A DNA stretch of 64,000 bases from contig JABDHF010000005.1 of assembly GCA_013285595.1 (NCBI GenBank), forward strand, positions 5,777-69,776, given 5' to 3'. Shown here in pieces: positions 18,672 to 29,221 of this stretch (its first letter is position 1; every line of letters starts with the position of its first letter). Under the pieces are notes generated by a model. The model searched no databases and was not told the DNA's origin. It saw only the letters and a list, made by a program, of their open reading frames with translations. Both the position numbers and the translations under genes were made by a program. Source of the stretch: Bacteroidota bacterium (GTDB lineage: Bacteria; Bacteroidota; Bacteroidia; Chitinophagales; Chitinophagaceae).

Positions 18672-20138
18672 TTACATATCTCCATTGGCTTTATCAGTTA
18701 TTTCTTTCTGCTTTAAAAATACAAATGGCATGACTATGCAAACAACTGATAAAATGCTTATATAGCGAATAAATATAACTGAAGCCAATATGCTAAACAA
18801 CATATAACCTAGATAAAACAGGCACCATATTATCAGCAGCCTCCTTGTGCCGGGATTTATTTTATCTTTTTTAAAGATGAAATAAATCAGGCTTAATATG
18901 CTAAACATATTAATTGCCAAAATGGTTGCTGGACATAGATACATTAACCGTTCCTGCAAAAAAGGATATATGCAATCCAAATGATCTGCCTGGAACCCAA
19001 ACCATTGTTTTACATCGGGCAACAACACCATATTGCTATAATCGTAGTTGGCCAATACTTCCAGCCCGGGGTAAAAGAAATTTGCGGTATTAGGTAAGAG
19101 GAAGTATTGCGTAAACGTTTTGGGGTAATGCGTGATGATGTACCGACCGTAGTCGCCCAAAGGTTTTGAGGCGGTGAACCAGGCTATTAGATAATCGGAA
19201 TGGTCGCGATGCGCACAAATGTTCAGGTACTTTTTTAGCGGCGAGTGTGGATCCCATAGATAGGCTGCTCCAATGGAACCAGTTCGGGTTACAGAATCGA
19301 TATATATTTTAGTGCACTGATCTATGATGCGGGTTTGCTCGTCAGGAAGGTCTTCGGTCTTCATATCTATATGTTTGTAGCAGTATAGCGCGTTATTGGC
19401 TGCCTGCCAGCCGCTAAAACCGGAGAATACGCGGGTGCCTGTTTCTTTTTCATTGATAGCCATCTGCTGCTCTATGGAAAATAAAATGACTGCTGCCACA
19501 AGCGTTATGCCCGTAAGGCGATATATCATTTTTGCCGGGCAAAGTAAAAATGAAGCAACCGCAATAAGAGGATAAAGCATAGCCGTGTACCTTACCTGGA
19601 AACACAGGTAGAGAAATAATAGCTGCAGCGCTAATATTAGCCAGCCGGGCTTCTTTAACAGCCATAGACAAGTGGTGAACCATGCTACACTGAGCGAACA
19701 AAACCAACTGTCGCTGGAGATAAGGTTTGCCTCGAATATTAATAGTGGGTTGCAAAGTAAAGCGAGGAGGATGGGTAGCTTAAGCTTTGTCCGCAGGCCA
19801 AACAGATAATCTGCGCTCAACAGTAAGAACAGTGTGCTGCATACGAAACCCGCATACTGCACCAGCACCGTAAAAAACGCTGATGGTATAACAAAATGAA
19901 CAGCCTGTAAGAAATGAGCATACCCCAGCGGGCGATAAGCCACTGTAAAGTTGTGCGCCGCCCAGGTAACATAGTTAGAAGAATCGACAAAAAGATCGGG
20001 ATAGGGAAATGCATATTTTAACAGGAGGAACAGCAGGATGGAAAAAGCCAGCGCACCACTTATCAATCTACGTTGCGACCGGAGATAAGAAAAAAAGGTA
20101 TCGTCCTTTATATCACTGAATGAAGACCAGCTTCTCAT
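18672..20138 (-). CDS. Polytopic membrane protein, GT-C glycosyltransferase-like
   Basis: About 11 TM segments; VDSSNY in the first loop, YRPLGY, SSDS, QVRY, FIRY motifs. Confidence 0.55.
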   Translation of the reverse strand: MRSWSSFSDIKDDTFFSYLRSQRRLISGALAFSILLFLLLKYAFPYPDLFVDSSNYVTWAAHNFTVAYRPLGYAHFLQAVHFVIPSAFFTVLVQYAGFVCSTLFLLLSADYLFGLRTKLKLPILLALLCNPLLIFEANLISSDSWFCSLSVAWFTTCLWLLKKPGWLILALQLLFLYLCFQVRYTAMLYPLIAVASFLLCPAKMIYRLTGITLVAAVILFSIEQQMAINEKETGTRVFSGFSGWQAANNALYCYKHIDMKTEDLPDEQTRIIDQCTKIYIDSVTRTGSIGAAYLWDPHSPLKKYLNICAHRDHSDYLIAWFTASKPLGDYGRYIITHYPKTFTQYFLLPNTANFFYPGLEVLANYDYSNMVLLPDVKQWFGFQADHLDCIYPFLQERLMYLCPATILAINMFSILSLIYFIFKKDKINPGTRRLLIIWCLFYLGYMLFSILASVIFIRYISILSVVCIVMPFVFLKQKEITDKANGDM

Positions 20139-20230
20139 TTAGCCAAAACTAAATAAATCCGGGCTTTATTTCTAAGGGTGAGGCTACGAATGCTTAGTTT
20201 TGCCGCAACGAAACAAAAACCGGCTTTAGT

Positions 20231-20998
20231 ATGCGGCGTATCTTACCTGTGCTTTTATTTTTATGCTTTTTATTTTTCGCCCATAGCAGCTATGCGCAAA
20301 ATATTGGCGGCATAGGCGCTCAGTTGCTTCTTGACACTTCGGGAGGCACTACCATGCCGCGCATTATGAGCTTTGTGCCGGGCACACCTGCCAACCAAAA
20401 GCTGAAGGCTACAGACTATATAATAAAAGTGAATGGTGTAAGCTGCAAGAACAAAACCCTGGAAGAGATCATAACTATGATAAGGGGTGAAGAGGGCACG
20501 ATGGTAAAGATAACAGTGGCTGATACCAAAGAAGGAAAGCGCGAAAGAGAATACGAGCTGCCACGGGTAGTGCTGCAAGGCGCTGCTGCGCCAGATCCGC
20601 TAGCATCGTTTAACAGCAGCTGCGATATGGAAGTGCGGCAGCTGAAAAAAAGTGGCAAAGAGATCGTGAAGACCTTTCCATCAGAGTGCGGTAACTACTT
20701 CTTTAATTTTAATGCGGAGGCGCATACTTATCATGTGCTGATAATGACGATGGAAGACAAGCCAAAGGTGGGCGAGTATAAGCAGGAGTTTTTCCCTACG
20801 GCAAGGGTGTTTAATAGTGATAATGAAGCCGGGGCCATTACGCTGCCTAAGGGAGACACAAAAGAAATTGTGGGCGCTGTAGTAGCCCGGGCCGAGGGCG
20901 ACATATCGTTTACCAAAAACGGTGTGGGCGTGGTAAATGTGGAACTGCATGACGATGCCACGAAGTGCCGCACTATGTTTGTGGTCATCTATAGGTAA
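20231..20998 (+). CDS. Exported PDZ-domain protein
   Basis: Signal peptide SYA-Q; GGIGA...PGTPA...DYIIKVNG...IRGEEGTMVKITV (CtpA-like PDZ), followed by an unrecognised C-terminal domain. Confidence 0.8.
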   Translation: MRRILPVLLFLCFLFFAHSSYAQNIGGIGAQLLLDTSGGTTMPRIMSFVPGTPANQKLKATDYIIKVNGVSCKNKTLEEIITMIRGEEGTMVKITVADTKEGKREREYELPRVVLQGAAAPDPLASFNSSCDMEVRQLKKSGKEIVKTFPSECGNYFFNFNAEAHTYHVLIMTMEDKPKVGEYKQEFFPTARVFNSDNEAGAITLPKGDTKEIVGAVVARAEGDISFTKNGVGVVNVELHDDATKCRTMFVVIYR

Positions 20999-21004
20999 CG
21001 AGGC

Positions 21005-23047
21005 CTACCGGCCGCTTTTCATGGCCTGGTAATAATTATTGTCGATCTGGCGGAAGCCGAGCGAAATGGCTTTGTCAATATCCTGCAGGGCATGAGCTTT
21101 ATCATTTTTCTGTGCATAGCAGAAGGAACGGGCATAGTATATCTCTCCCATGTCGGGGTTTATGGCTAATGCTTGTGCAAAGTCTCTCATTGCCTCGTCG
21201 GTCCGTTGCATACGTTGCAGCAGGCGGCCCCGGTTCAGGTATGGTGCATACATGTCTGGGTTTTGGGCTACTGCAAAGCCATACTGCACAAGCGCGGAAT
21301 CGGGCTTACCTGTCATGTCGAAGAAGTTACCGAAATTACTATGGGCTTCGGGGAAATAGGGTTTTAGCTGAGTAGCCTTTGAGAAGCAATAATATGCCGA
21401 ATCGAAATGCCTGCTGATGGCATAGATAATGCCAAGGCCCAGGTAGGCATTCGCATCTTCGTCGAAGCTTTTTAAGGAGAGTGCCTTGTAATAAAATTGC
21501 CGGGCACCGTTAAAGTCGCCGGAGCTTCTTAAGAGCTCACCGAGCGAAATGTATGGGTTTACAAATGTGGGCTGTATCTCTATCGATTTTTTCAGGAGCA
21601 TGTATGCAGAGTCGTAATATACTTTGCGTGCTGCGGGGTCTACTGATTCGTTGTATTTGTTGAAATAATTAAAGCCAAGGTTGTTATACGCATTGGGGGC
21701 GCGTACGGGTTCTTTTTCTATCTCATCGCGCCACAGGGTGGTAGCATCGTACCAGGCGTGGCACCGTTCATTGCTGAGGTAACCAAGTATTAACGCATAT
21801 ACCACGACTCCAGATAGTACGGTATAGCCCATTTGCTTTTTTGCTTCCACTTCGAAGAACGCTGACACATACCAGCCAGCAATAAAAAACAAGCCGAGGT
21901 AGGGAATGTAAGAATACCTATCGGCAAGAATGGCGCCACCTACGGGTATGAACTGCAGCAGCAGCGCAATGTTTACCAAAAAGAATAACGAGCCGAAAAC
22001 CACGACCCTGTTTTTACGGGCATATAGAAACAACAATGCAAGAATAACTACTACTGCCAGCGGGTATAAGTAATAAACCGCAGATAAACTGCCCCCGTTT
22101 ATTTTTTCGGGGTAGGGATAAAAGTTGCATAGCTGCACGGGCACTACCGCCTTCCACAAATAGGTGATGAATGCGTAACCGCCCAGGGCCGTTCTTTCGA
22201 GCAGGTTATAATTTACATTGAGTGTGCCCAGTGAGCCAAAGGTGTGCTGATCTTGAATAGACTTGATACCAAAACCAATGGAAATAAGAAAGTGTGGTAT
22301 TTTTTCGATGAGCAGCTTATAGGTTAATGTCCCTTTTTCAAAATAGTCGATCAGCAGCAACGTGGCCGGTAATACTACTGCGACAGGCTTTGATAATAAG
22401 GAACATAAAAACAGCAGAATAACACTTACATAGAGTGCGGTCTTCTTTGAGCTTGCAGCCCTGATGTAGTAGATGTATGCGATACATGCAGCCATGTAGA
22501 AGGTGCCGTATAAAACATCTTTTCGCCCGGCTACCCAGGCTACAGACTCTACGTGCATGGGGTGCAGCCCGAATAGCACCGCTGCTACTGCTGCGGCCAC
22601 CGGGCGGCGTGTAAGCATTTGTACGAACCAATAAACTAACACGGTTACCATTATGTGAAACAGCACGCTATCGAAATGGTAGAGGAATGGCTGCAGGCCG
22701 CTAATGCTGTATTCTATAGCGTAAGAGAGAATAGTTAATGGGTGATAGTTACCCATTATAGGTGTGGAGAAAATAGCACTTATACCCTCGGCAGAAATAT
22801 TTTTTATCAGGGCATTGTCTTTTATGTAACCGGGGTCGTCCCAGTTAGTAAAAAGATTGCTGCAGCAAGTTTTGTAGACAAGGAAGGTGACCAGGGCTAT
22901 TGCGCCTACTATCATGGCTTGCATGGCGGGTGTTATACCATTTATAGCAGCTGCTTTCTTTTTCGCAGGCTGCTCCTTAGCGGGTAATGGCTGCCGGCTT
23001 ACCTGCGTATTACCCGGCGGTGTTTGCTTATTTATTTTCTTTGCCAT
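21005..23047 (-). CDS. TMTC-like protein O-mannosyltransferase (GT-C) with C-terminal TPRs
   Basis: NWDDPGYI, NYHPLT, LHPMHVESVAWVAGRKDVL, LLSKP, ADRYSYIPYLG, then multiple TPRs (AYNNLG, AHSNFG, YLNRG); start at ATG 23047. Confidence 0.82.
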   Translation of the reverse strand: MAKKINKQTPPGNTQVSRQPLPAKEQPAKKKAAAINGITPAMQAMIVGAIALVTFLVYKTCCSNLFTNWDDPGYIKDNALIKNISAEGISAIFSTPIMGNYHPLTILSYAIEYSISGLQPFLYHFDSVLFHIMVTVLVYWFVQMLTRRPVAAAVAAVLFGLHPMHVESVAWVAGRKDVLYGTFYMAACIAYIYYIRAASSKKTALYVSVILLFLCSLLSKPVAVVLPATLLLIDYFEKGTLTYKLLIEKIPHFLISIGFGIKSIQDQHTFGSLGTLNVNYNLLERTALGGYAFITYLWKAVVPVQLCNFYPYPEKINGGSLSAVYYLYPLAVVVILALLFLYARKNRVVVFGSLFFLVNIALLLQFIPVGGAILADRYSYIPYLGLFFIAGWYVSAFFEVEAKKQMGYTVLSGVVVYALILGYLSNERCHAWYDATTLWRDEIEKEPVRAPNAYNNLGFNYFNKYNESVDPAARKVYYDSAYMLLKKSIEIQPTFVNPYISLGELLRSSGDFNGARQFYYKALSLKSFDEDANAYLGLGIIYAISRHFDSAYYCFSKATQLKPYFPEAHSNFGNFFDMTGKPDSALVQYGFAVAQNPDMYAPYLNRGRLLQRMQRTDEAMRDFAQALAINPDMGEIYYARSFCYAQKNDKAHALQDIDKAISLGFRQIDNNYYQAMKSGR

Positions 23048-23082
23048 GCAGCATAAATATACTTGTCTTGCGGGAAGCATAC

Positions 23083-23112
23083 AAAAAAACAGCCCCGAAA
23101 TACCGGAGCTGC
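23083..23112 (-). terminator. Probable terminator after the T9SS repeat gene
   Basis: A7-CAGCCCCG-AAATAC-CGGAGCTG (hairpin plus T run on the minus strand). Confidence 0.55.
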
Positions 23113-23134
23113 TTAAGATTTAATTGTGGTTTAG

Positions 23135-25807
23135 CTATTCTTTAATAAATTTTTGTACGCTTTGTAATTTATTGTCATCGTCGTAGAATGTGATAAAATA
23201 CATGCCGCTTGCAAGGCCGCTTATGTCCAGGGCTTTTGCATCGCGTTGCTCCAGTTCTCTTTTGCCATCTATCCCTGTTACTACAGCATACACTCTTATG
23301 CCTGACTTTATGTACAATACATTGCTGGTAGGGTTTGGATATATCTGTATGTTGTTATTGTTTGTAATGCCAGCTACGCCTGCAGTTGCAGGATTGTAGT
23401 GATAGAAAGCAGAGGCGCCTTTACAGCCCAAAGTATCTGTAACCACTACGTAGTAATATTCATTATACAGCGCGGCCACATTTGGCGAAGTGGCGCCGGG
23501 TATAATGCCTGCAATACTATCATACCACTGATAACTTACGTATATATCTGGTGTGTAGAAAGTAAATGTGGTACCGTTATACGTTACATCGGGCGCGGGC
23601 ATCGGGTTCACCGATAATGTCCTGGTGCGCAAACAGCCGGTAGGCAATGTATATTTGATAACGGCTGCCCCGCCCTGCAGCAGTGTTGTTACACCGCTAG
23701 TATCTATAACCGTAGCTATGGCGGGCGTTGTGGTTGTCCAGAAGCCACCTGGACTTTCATCGTACAAACTATCAATTGTACCGGGACAAACAGGCGTCTG
23801 GCCCATTATTGGCGCAGGCAATGGGTTAATGGTTACTATGGAACTCACCGTGCATCCCGGCAGTATTGTATACTGAACACTTACTGTATCTGCGGAGACG
23901 CCTGTTACTGTACCTGAAGCGCTTACAGTAGCAACACCGGTATTGGCGCTGCTCCACTGCCCACCCAAAGTAGCGTCTGACAACGATGCGCTTGTACCCG
24001 GGCAAGCTTTACCAACACCCGCTATAGCATCAGGAAAATTGACCACTCGAAAGTTTACTGAACTCTGGCAGCCAGTGGAGAAGATAGTATAGGTAATAGT
24101 AGTGGTGCCTGGCGCCAGACCCATTACCCTGCCCGAATCAAAAACTACAGTGGCTATGGCCGGCGAAGTAGTGTTCCAGTTACCACCGCCTACTATATTG
24201 GTCAGAAAGGTTGACAGGCCAAGGCATACGCTATCGTTACCCACAATAGGTGCACGAGGATTTACTGCTATGATACGAGTAGCGCTGCAGCCCACACCGG
24301 CAGTATATGTGACGGTAGTAGTACCCATTGATACGCCAGTGACCACACCGCCTGAAGCGCTTATAGTAGCAACGGAAGTTGTACTGCTGGTCCATGTGCC
24401 CCCGGAAGGCACTGCACCCAGTGCAATTGTATTGCCCTGGCACACAGCCGGGGCGCCGGTAATAGGCGCCAGTGGTGGTATAACATTAACAGTAGTGGTA
24501 GCCGCACAGCCATTTAATGCCGTGTACGATATAGTGGATACGCCGGCAGCTATACCACTTACGATACCCGATCCGGTACCGACGGTTGCGATGGAAGTGG
24601 CGGTACTGGTCCATACGCCTGCGCCAGATGCATCGGATAATGTGCTGGTGGAACCCATGCAAATGCCTGTGTTCCCTGTGATAACATCCGGCAGAGAATT
24701 GACGTTTACAGAAACGGTAGCGGGAGTGCCACAGCCGTTGGTATACGTTATTTGTGATACTCCAGGCGAGATACCGGTTACAATACCTGAGCCTGGTGTG
24801 ACTGTGGCAACGGTGCTAACGCTACTGCTCCAGGTGCCGCCGGTAGCAGGATCAGTAAGGGTAATAGATGAGCCCTGGCACATATCGCCGGCGCCCGTAA
24901 TTGCCCCGGGAGATGCATTGACCGCAAACACAGTGCTGATAGAACAGCCCGATGCTGCGTTGTAAGAAATAGTTGCGGTGCCCTGCGACACTCCTGAAAC
25001 AACGCCGGTAGCGGGGTCTATATTTGCAATGCCGGTAGCGCTGCTGCTCCAGGTGCCGCCGGTAGTAACATCGCTTAATGTTGTTGTGGCCCCAACACAC
25101 ACTGACGAAGCCCCGGTAATGGCTTCAGGCAGCGATACTACATTGACAGTAACAGTAGAGGAAGTGCCGCACCCGGTGCCCGTATACGAAATAACAACCG
25201 GCCCCGGCGCAACACCCTCAGCAACCCCTGCGCTGGAAATCGTTGCTATACCTGTAGCTCCGCTTGACCATGTTCCTGAACTACTCCCCGCCACCGTAAG
25301 TGTTGCCGATGAGCCCACGCATAATGCAGGCGGGGCCGTAATAGCCCCCGGAGGCGAAGCAATGGTGACTGCCTGCGTGGTGGAAGTGAACGGTGAAGTG
25401 CAAAATCCTGTGCCCCAGGTAATGTAGGCAAAATAATAAAAGGTGCCGGGGGTAGTGGTTAGCGGAGTGTAGCTCAAAGTACCCGTGCCTGAGGCTGAAG
25501 ATGTAAACGAAATGGGGCTGCCAAGCGCTGTTGATGCGCCTATGGTGGTACTGCCGGTGGTATTATAATACCACTGCAACGTACACAAAACGCCTGAAGC
25601 CAATGTGCCCCCGGTATTGCACTCAGAATAATTAAAATTGTTTGCAGTGGCCGCTGCCGATTGGCAATAAGTGGTGGTACCGGTAAATGTGCCGTCGTCG
25701 GGTGTGTAGTAAGAAGTAATACATGAAGATGTACTCATTGATAACCACCCCAACAGTAGCAACAGGTATAATTTATGCGATCTGAGACGTTTGTAACTTT
25801 TATTCAT
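23135..25807 (-). CDS. T9SS-secreted Ig-like (Big_2-like) repeat protein, 8 repeats
   Basis: About 76-aa repeats with GGxWSS..ATV...G.V.G...GTTTISY and two Cys; C-terminal IYPNP...LASGMYFI...KFIKE type A sorting domain; start at ATG 25807. Confidence 0.88.
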   Translation of the reverse strand: MNKSYKRLRSHKLYLLLLLGWLSMSTSSCITSYYTPDDGTFTGTTTYCQSAAATANNFNYSECNTGGTLASGVLCTLQWYYNTTGSTTIGASTALGSPISFTSSASGTGTLSYTPLTTTPGTFYYFAYITWGTGFCTSPFTSTTQAVTIASPPGAITAPPALCVGSSATLTVAGSSSGTWSSGATGIATISSAGVAEGVAPGPVVISYTGTGCGTSSTVTVNVVSLPEAITGASSVCVGATTTLSDVTTGGTWSSSATGIANIDPATGVVSGVSQGTATISYNAASGCSISTVFAVNASPGAITGAGDMCQGSSITLTDPATGGTWSSSVSTVATVTPGSGIVTGISPGVSQITYTNGCGTPATVSVNVNSLPDVITGNTGICMGSTSTLSDASGAGVWTSTATSIATVGTGSGIVSGIAAGVSTISYTALNGCAATTTVNVIPPLAPITGAPAVCQGNTIALGAVPSGGTWTSSTTSVATISASGGVVTGVSMGTTTVTYTAGVGCSATRIIAVNPRAPIVGNDSVCLGLSTFLTNIVGGGNWNTTSPAIATVVFDSGRVMGLAPGTTTITYTIFSTGCQSSVNFRVVNFPDAIAGVGKACPGTSASLSDATLGGQWSSANTGVATVSASGTVTGVSADTVSVQYTILPGCTVSSIVTINPLPAPIMGQTPVCPGTIDSLYDESPGGFWTTTTPAIATVIDTSGVTTLLQGGAAVIKYTLPTGCLRTRTLSVNPMPAPDVTYNGTTFTFYTPDIYVSYQWYDSIAGIIPGATSPNVAALYNEYYYVVVTDTLGCKGASAFYHYNPATAGVAGITNNNNIQIYPNPTSNVLYIKSGIRVYAVVTGIDGKRELEQRDAKALDISGLASGMYFITFYDDDNKLQSVQKFIKE

Positions 25808-25971
25808 AAAATAATTTTTTACATGGTATAAAAACTCGATAGAGACACTAAATACATACAAACTATATGCTCTAAGTTAAGACTTATCTATCTAATTTAC
25901 AAAAAAGAACATCGAAAAACAATATACTTTCGGTTTGTTAACTCTGCATTACACGTTCGTTCAGGTGCAAT

Positions 25972-26004
25972 AAAAAAGGAGAGGCTTCATAAAAGCCTCT
26001 CCTT
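25972..26004 (-). terminator. Rho-independent terminator
   Basis: AAAAAAGGAGAGGCTT-CATAA-AAGCCTCTCCTT. Confidence 0.8.
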
Positions 26005-26063
26005 CAATAACTAAGAATAAAGTTATATTGGTCATATCCTGTGCTACAGGATGTAAAATTATT

Positions 26064-29000
26064 TTACTTTTTTATCAATTTTTGTGTAGACAGTTCGTTT
26101 CCTTTTTCATCAAACAGGGAGATCAGGTATATTGCTCCCGGCAAGGCTGTTACATCTATTTCCCTTGCATCGTCCTGCTCCAGTTGCTTTTTACCATCTA
26201 TGCTGCTTATTACTGCACGCATTTTAACAGCAGACTGAATGTATAAGGTACCACTTACCGGGTTAGGATATATAGCTATACCGTTGGTTGCTGTAGTATT
26301 TCCTGCACCGAGTGTGCCTGTGTTATATGGAATGAGGTCTGATGCTCCCCTGCAACCATTGGTATCTGTTACTACAACAAAATAATATTCAGTATTAAGA
26401 GCGGCAATGGTAGGCGAAGTAGCGCCGGGGATGAGGCCCTGCACACTGTCGTACCACTGGTAGCTTACATATTGTGGCAGTATAGTTGTATAAAACGTAT
26501 TGTCAACCCAGTTGTAAGTAACGGTTGGCGCCGGCAATGGGAATACAGATATTGTCCTTGTTCTGAAACAACCGGTTGAAAGTGTATACTTAATTATGGC
26601 GCTGCCCTCGGCCTTGGTAAATACAACACCGCTGGTATCTATCACGGTTGCAATAACTGGCGTAGCGCTGGACCATAAACCGCCTGGCGAGGCGTCGTGC
26701 AGACTGTCTACCGTCTGTGGGCACACAAGGCCCGGGCCTGTTATCAGGGCTGGCAGCGGGTTAATAGTTACAATAGTATTCACCGCACAGCCAGGAAGAA
26801 TAGAATAGCTGATGGTTACGGTATCTCCAAATACGCCGCCAACAATGCCATTTGCAGCAGCTACAGTGGCAACACTATTGTTACTGCTGCTCCAGGCGCC
26901 ACCCGGGGTTGGGTCGCTTAATCCGGTAGTGGTGCCCGGGCATGCTTTAGCAATGCCCGCTATAGCATCTGGAAATGCAATTACCTGGAAGGTAACAGAG
27001 CTCTGACAACCTGTACCTAGTATATAGGTAATGGTTGTAGTACCCGGCGCTATGCCGACAACCCTGCCTGAGTCGTGAACAACAGTTGCAATGGCAAATG
27101 AGCTGCTTGTCCATGCCCCACCCCCAACGATGTTGGTAAGAAATGTAGATAAGCCGACGCACACACTATCTGTGCCCAAAATAGGCGCTACAGGATTTAC
27201 GGAGACAGTATGAACCAGGAAGCAACCCGGCCCGGCTGTATAAGTGATATCGGTAACACCAAATGAAATACCGGTAACAATGCCGCCGGAACTCACCGTA
27301 GCATAAGAAGTATTGCCACTGCTCCACACGCCGCCTACCGACGACTCAGTGAGTGTTATTGCGTGGCCAGTGCAGACCCTGCTTGGAACCGGCCCTCCTA
27401 TTGGGGAAGGCGGAGCATTAACGGTGACTACATAGGTGGAATAGCAGGAAGTAAGCGCAGTATAGCTGATAACGGCAGTGCCCAGGGAGACCCCGGTTAC
27501 TATTCCACTGCCAGAGCCAACTGTGGCTATAGTTAAGGGAGAAGCGCTCCATGTGCCCGACGCAGTTGAATCGGTAAGGGTGGCAGTAGAGCCGTTACAT
27601 ATGACCGCCTGCCCATGAATGCCGGAAGGTAACTGGTTAATGACAACAGATGCGGAAACATCGGCCCCGCAGCCATTTGAATAAGTGATAGATGCAGACC
27701 CCGGAACAGAACCGTACACTATACCTGTTGCTGAGCCTACGGTAGCCACACCTGTATTGCTGCTGGTCCAGGTGCCGCCACCTGATGCATCAGCCAATGT
27801 AGTTGTAGTACCAGGACATGCAGATAGTGTACCCGTTATTGTTGCAGGGGCCGCATTCACGGAAATCGTCATGAGCGCAGAGCATACACCGATAGTATAA
27901 CTGATGGTAGGTGTACCGCCCGATAACCCGTGTACAAGACCGAATAATGTGTTTACACTTGCCTGTGCTGAATTACTGCTGCTCCATACGCCACCAGTGG
28001 ACGACTCTGATAATGCGGTGGTGGTGTTAACGCAAATACTGCCAGTACCGGTAATAGGTGACGGGGATTGATCGACCGTAACGGTAGCGGTGGCAGTGCA
28101 GCCGGCAGCTGTGGTGTGTGTAATAGTTGCAGTGCCGGGAGTGGAACCAGTAACCACCCCTAAAGAAGTTATTGACGCCACAGACGCGGGAGTACAGCTC
28201 CATGTGCCGGCAGTGGCATCAGATAAAGTAGTGGTCGTGCCTGTGCATATCTGGAACGTGCCGGCAATGGCGGCATCAGGATTGACCGTAACATTTGCCG
28301 TAGTAGCAGTAGTAGCGCAACCTGCGGCGTTAAACGCTGTAAATGTATAAACACCCGATGCAGCAGGGCCGGTGGTAAGAGAGGTGGTCTCATCCGTGCT
28401 GCTAAATGACGAAGGGCCTGCCCATGAATAGCTGGTAGCGCCGGTAGCTGCACCGGTAAGTGTAAGCGTTGAGCCTTCACAAAGAGTGATAGGCGCTGCC
28501 GAAGCAGATACAGCAGTGACACCGGGACAGCTATAGGTTATCTGCAACTGAGGTTGTGTAGCTGCAGTACCACCTTCCCCTACTATGGTATATACATTTG
28601 CTCCGCTGGTTGTGACAAAACAAATAGATACGGGAGAACCCAGGTTGGACTGGATAAATGTTATGCCGGCACCGGAAAATGGTAAATTGTCCTGCGACCC
28701 TGTAAGTGAAACACCCCAGTTGGTGGCGTTATAAGTAGCTCCCGAAGCACAATCTGCATATAAAGTAGCAGGAGCAGTTACCGTAGACAAGTCGCCAGCG
28801 AACCCCCGAATAGTGCAGGCGACACCAGCTCCTAATGTTGTTGTGGAAAAATTAAACCGTACAGAGACATTTGTTACGGTGGCCCCGGCCGGAACCAGGC
28901 CAGCTAAGTTAAATACTGCGTAACCACGCTTTATGGTCAAAGTAGCATCAATGACCATATCGCCATCAGTGCGGCCTGTGGTGGCCTGGGTATAGCCGGT

Positions 29001-29102
29001 TTTAAAAGAACCTGTGGCGCCGGTTGCATTAACGGTAACCAATGTAGCAAAAGAAGGAATGCTTAATAAACATAAGCCAAGTAAAAAATAGAGCCTTTTC
29101 AT
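26064..29102 (-). CDS. T9SS-secreted Ig-like repeat protein, 8 repeats, distinct N-terminal domain
   Basis: Signal peptide, N-domain with RGYAVFNL, GGxWSS repeats, C-terminal IYPNP...KLIKK. Confidence 0.9.
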   Translation of the reverse strand: MKRLYFLLGLCLLSIPSFATLVTVNATGATGSFKTGYTQATTGRTDGDMVIDATLTIKRGYAVFNLAGLVPAGATVTNVSVRFNFSTTTLGAGVACTIRGFAGDLSTVTAPATLYADCASGATYNATNWGVSLTGSQDNLPFSGAGITFIQSNLGSPVSICFVTTSGANVYTIVGEGGTAATQPQLQITYSCPGVTAVSASAAPITLCEGSTLTLTGAATGATSYSWAGPSSFSSTDETTSLTTGPAASGVYTFTAFNAAGCATTATTANVTVNPDAAIAGTFQICTGTTTTLSDATAGTWSCTPASVASITSLGVVTGSTPGTATITHTTAAGCTATATVTVDQSPSPITGTGSICVNTTTALSESSTGGVWSSSNSAQASVNTLFGLVHGLSGGTPTISYTIGVCSALMTISVNAAPATITGTLSACPGTTTTLADASGGGTWTSSNTGVATVGSATGIVYGSVPGSASITYSNGCGADVSASVVINQLPSGIHGQAVICNGSTATLTDSTASGTWSASPLTIATVGSGSGIVTGVSLGTAVISYTALTSCYSTYVVTVNAPPSPIGGPVPSRVCTGHAITLTESSVGGVWSSGNTSYATVSSGGIVTGISFGVTDITYTAGPGCFLVHTVSVNPVAPILGTDSVCVGLSTFLTNIVGGGAWTSSSFAIATVVHDSGRVVGIAPGTTTITYILGTGCQSSVTFQVIAFPDAIAGIAKACPGTTTGLSDPTPGGAWSSSNNSVATVAAANGIVGGVFGDTVTISYSILPGCAVNTIVTINPLPALITGPGLVCPQTVDSLHDASPGGLWSSATPVIATVIDTSGVVFTKAEGSAIIKYTLSTGCFRTRTISVFPLPAPTVTYNWVDNTFYTTILPQYVSYQWYDSVQGLIPGATSPTIAALNTEYYFVVVTDTNGCRGASDLIPYNTGTLGAGNTTATNGIAIYPNPVSGTLYIQSAVKMRAVISSIDGKKQLEQDDAREIDVTALPGAIYLISLFDEKGNELSTQKLIKK

Positions 29103-29158
29103 TTTACATTATTATTTAGGGTTAAATATAGGATGTTTCTTTTGAATCTACTATAAAA

Positions 29159-29191
29159 GCGTATACCTTATATAGCATATAAGGTATACGC
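29159..29191. terminator. Hairpin / probable terminator
   Basis: GCGTATACCTTATAT-AGC-ATATAAGGTATACGC, perfect 15-bp stem, preceded by AAAA. Confidence 0.7.
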
Positions 29192-29221
29192 GAGCGTTAT
29201 TGATAAATTAAATTTTATATA

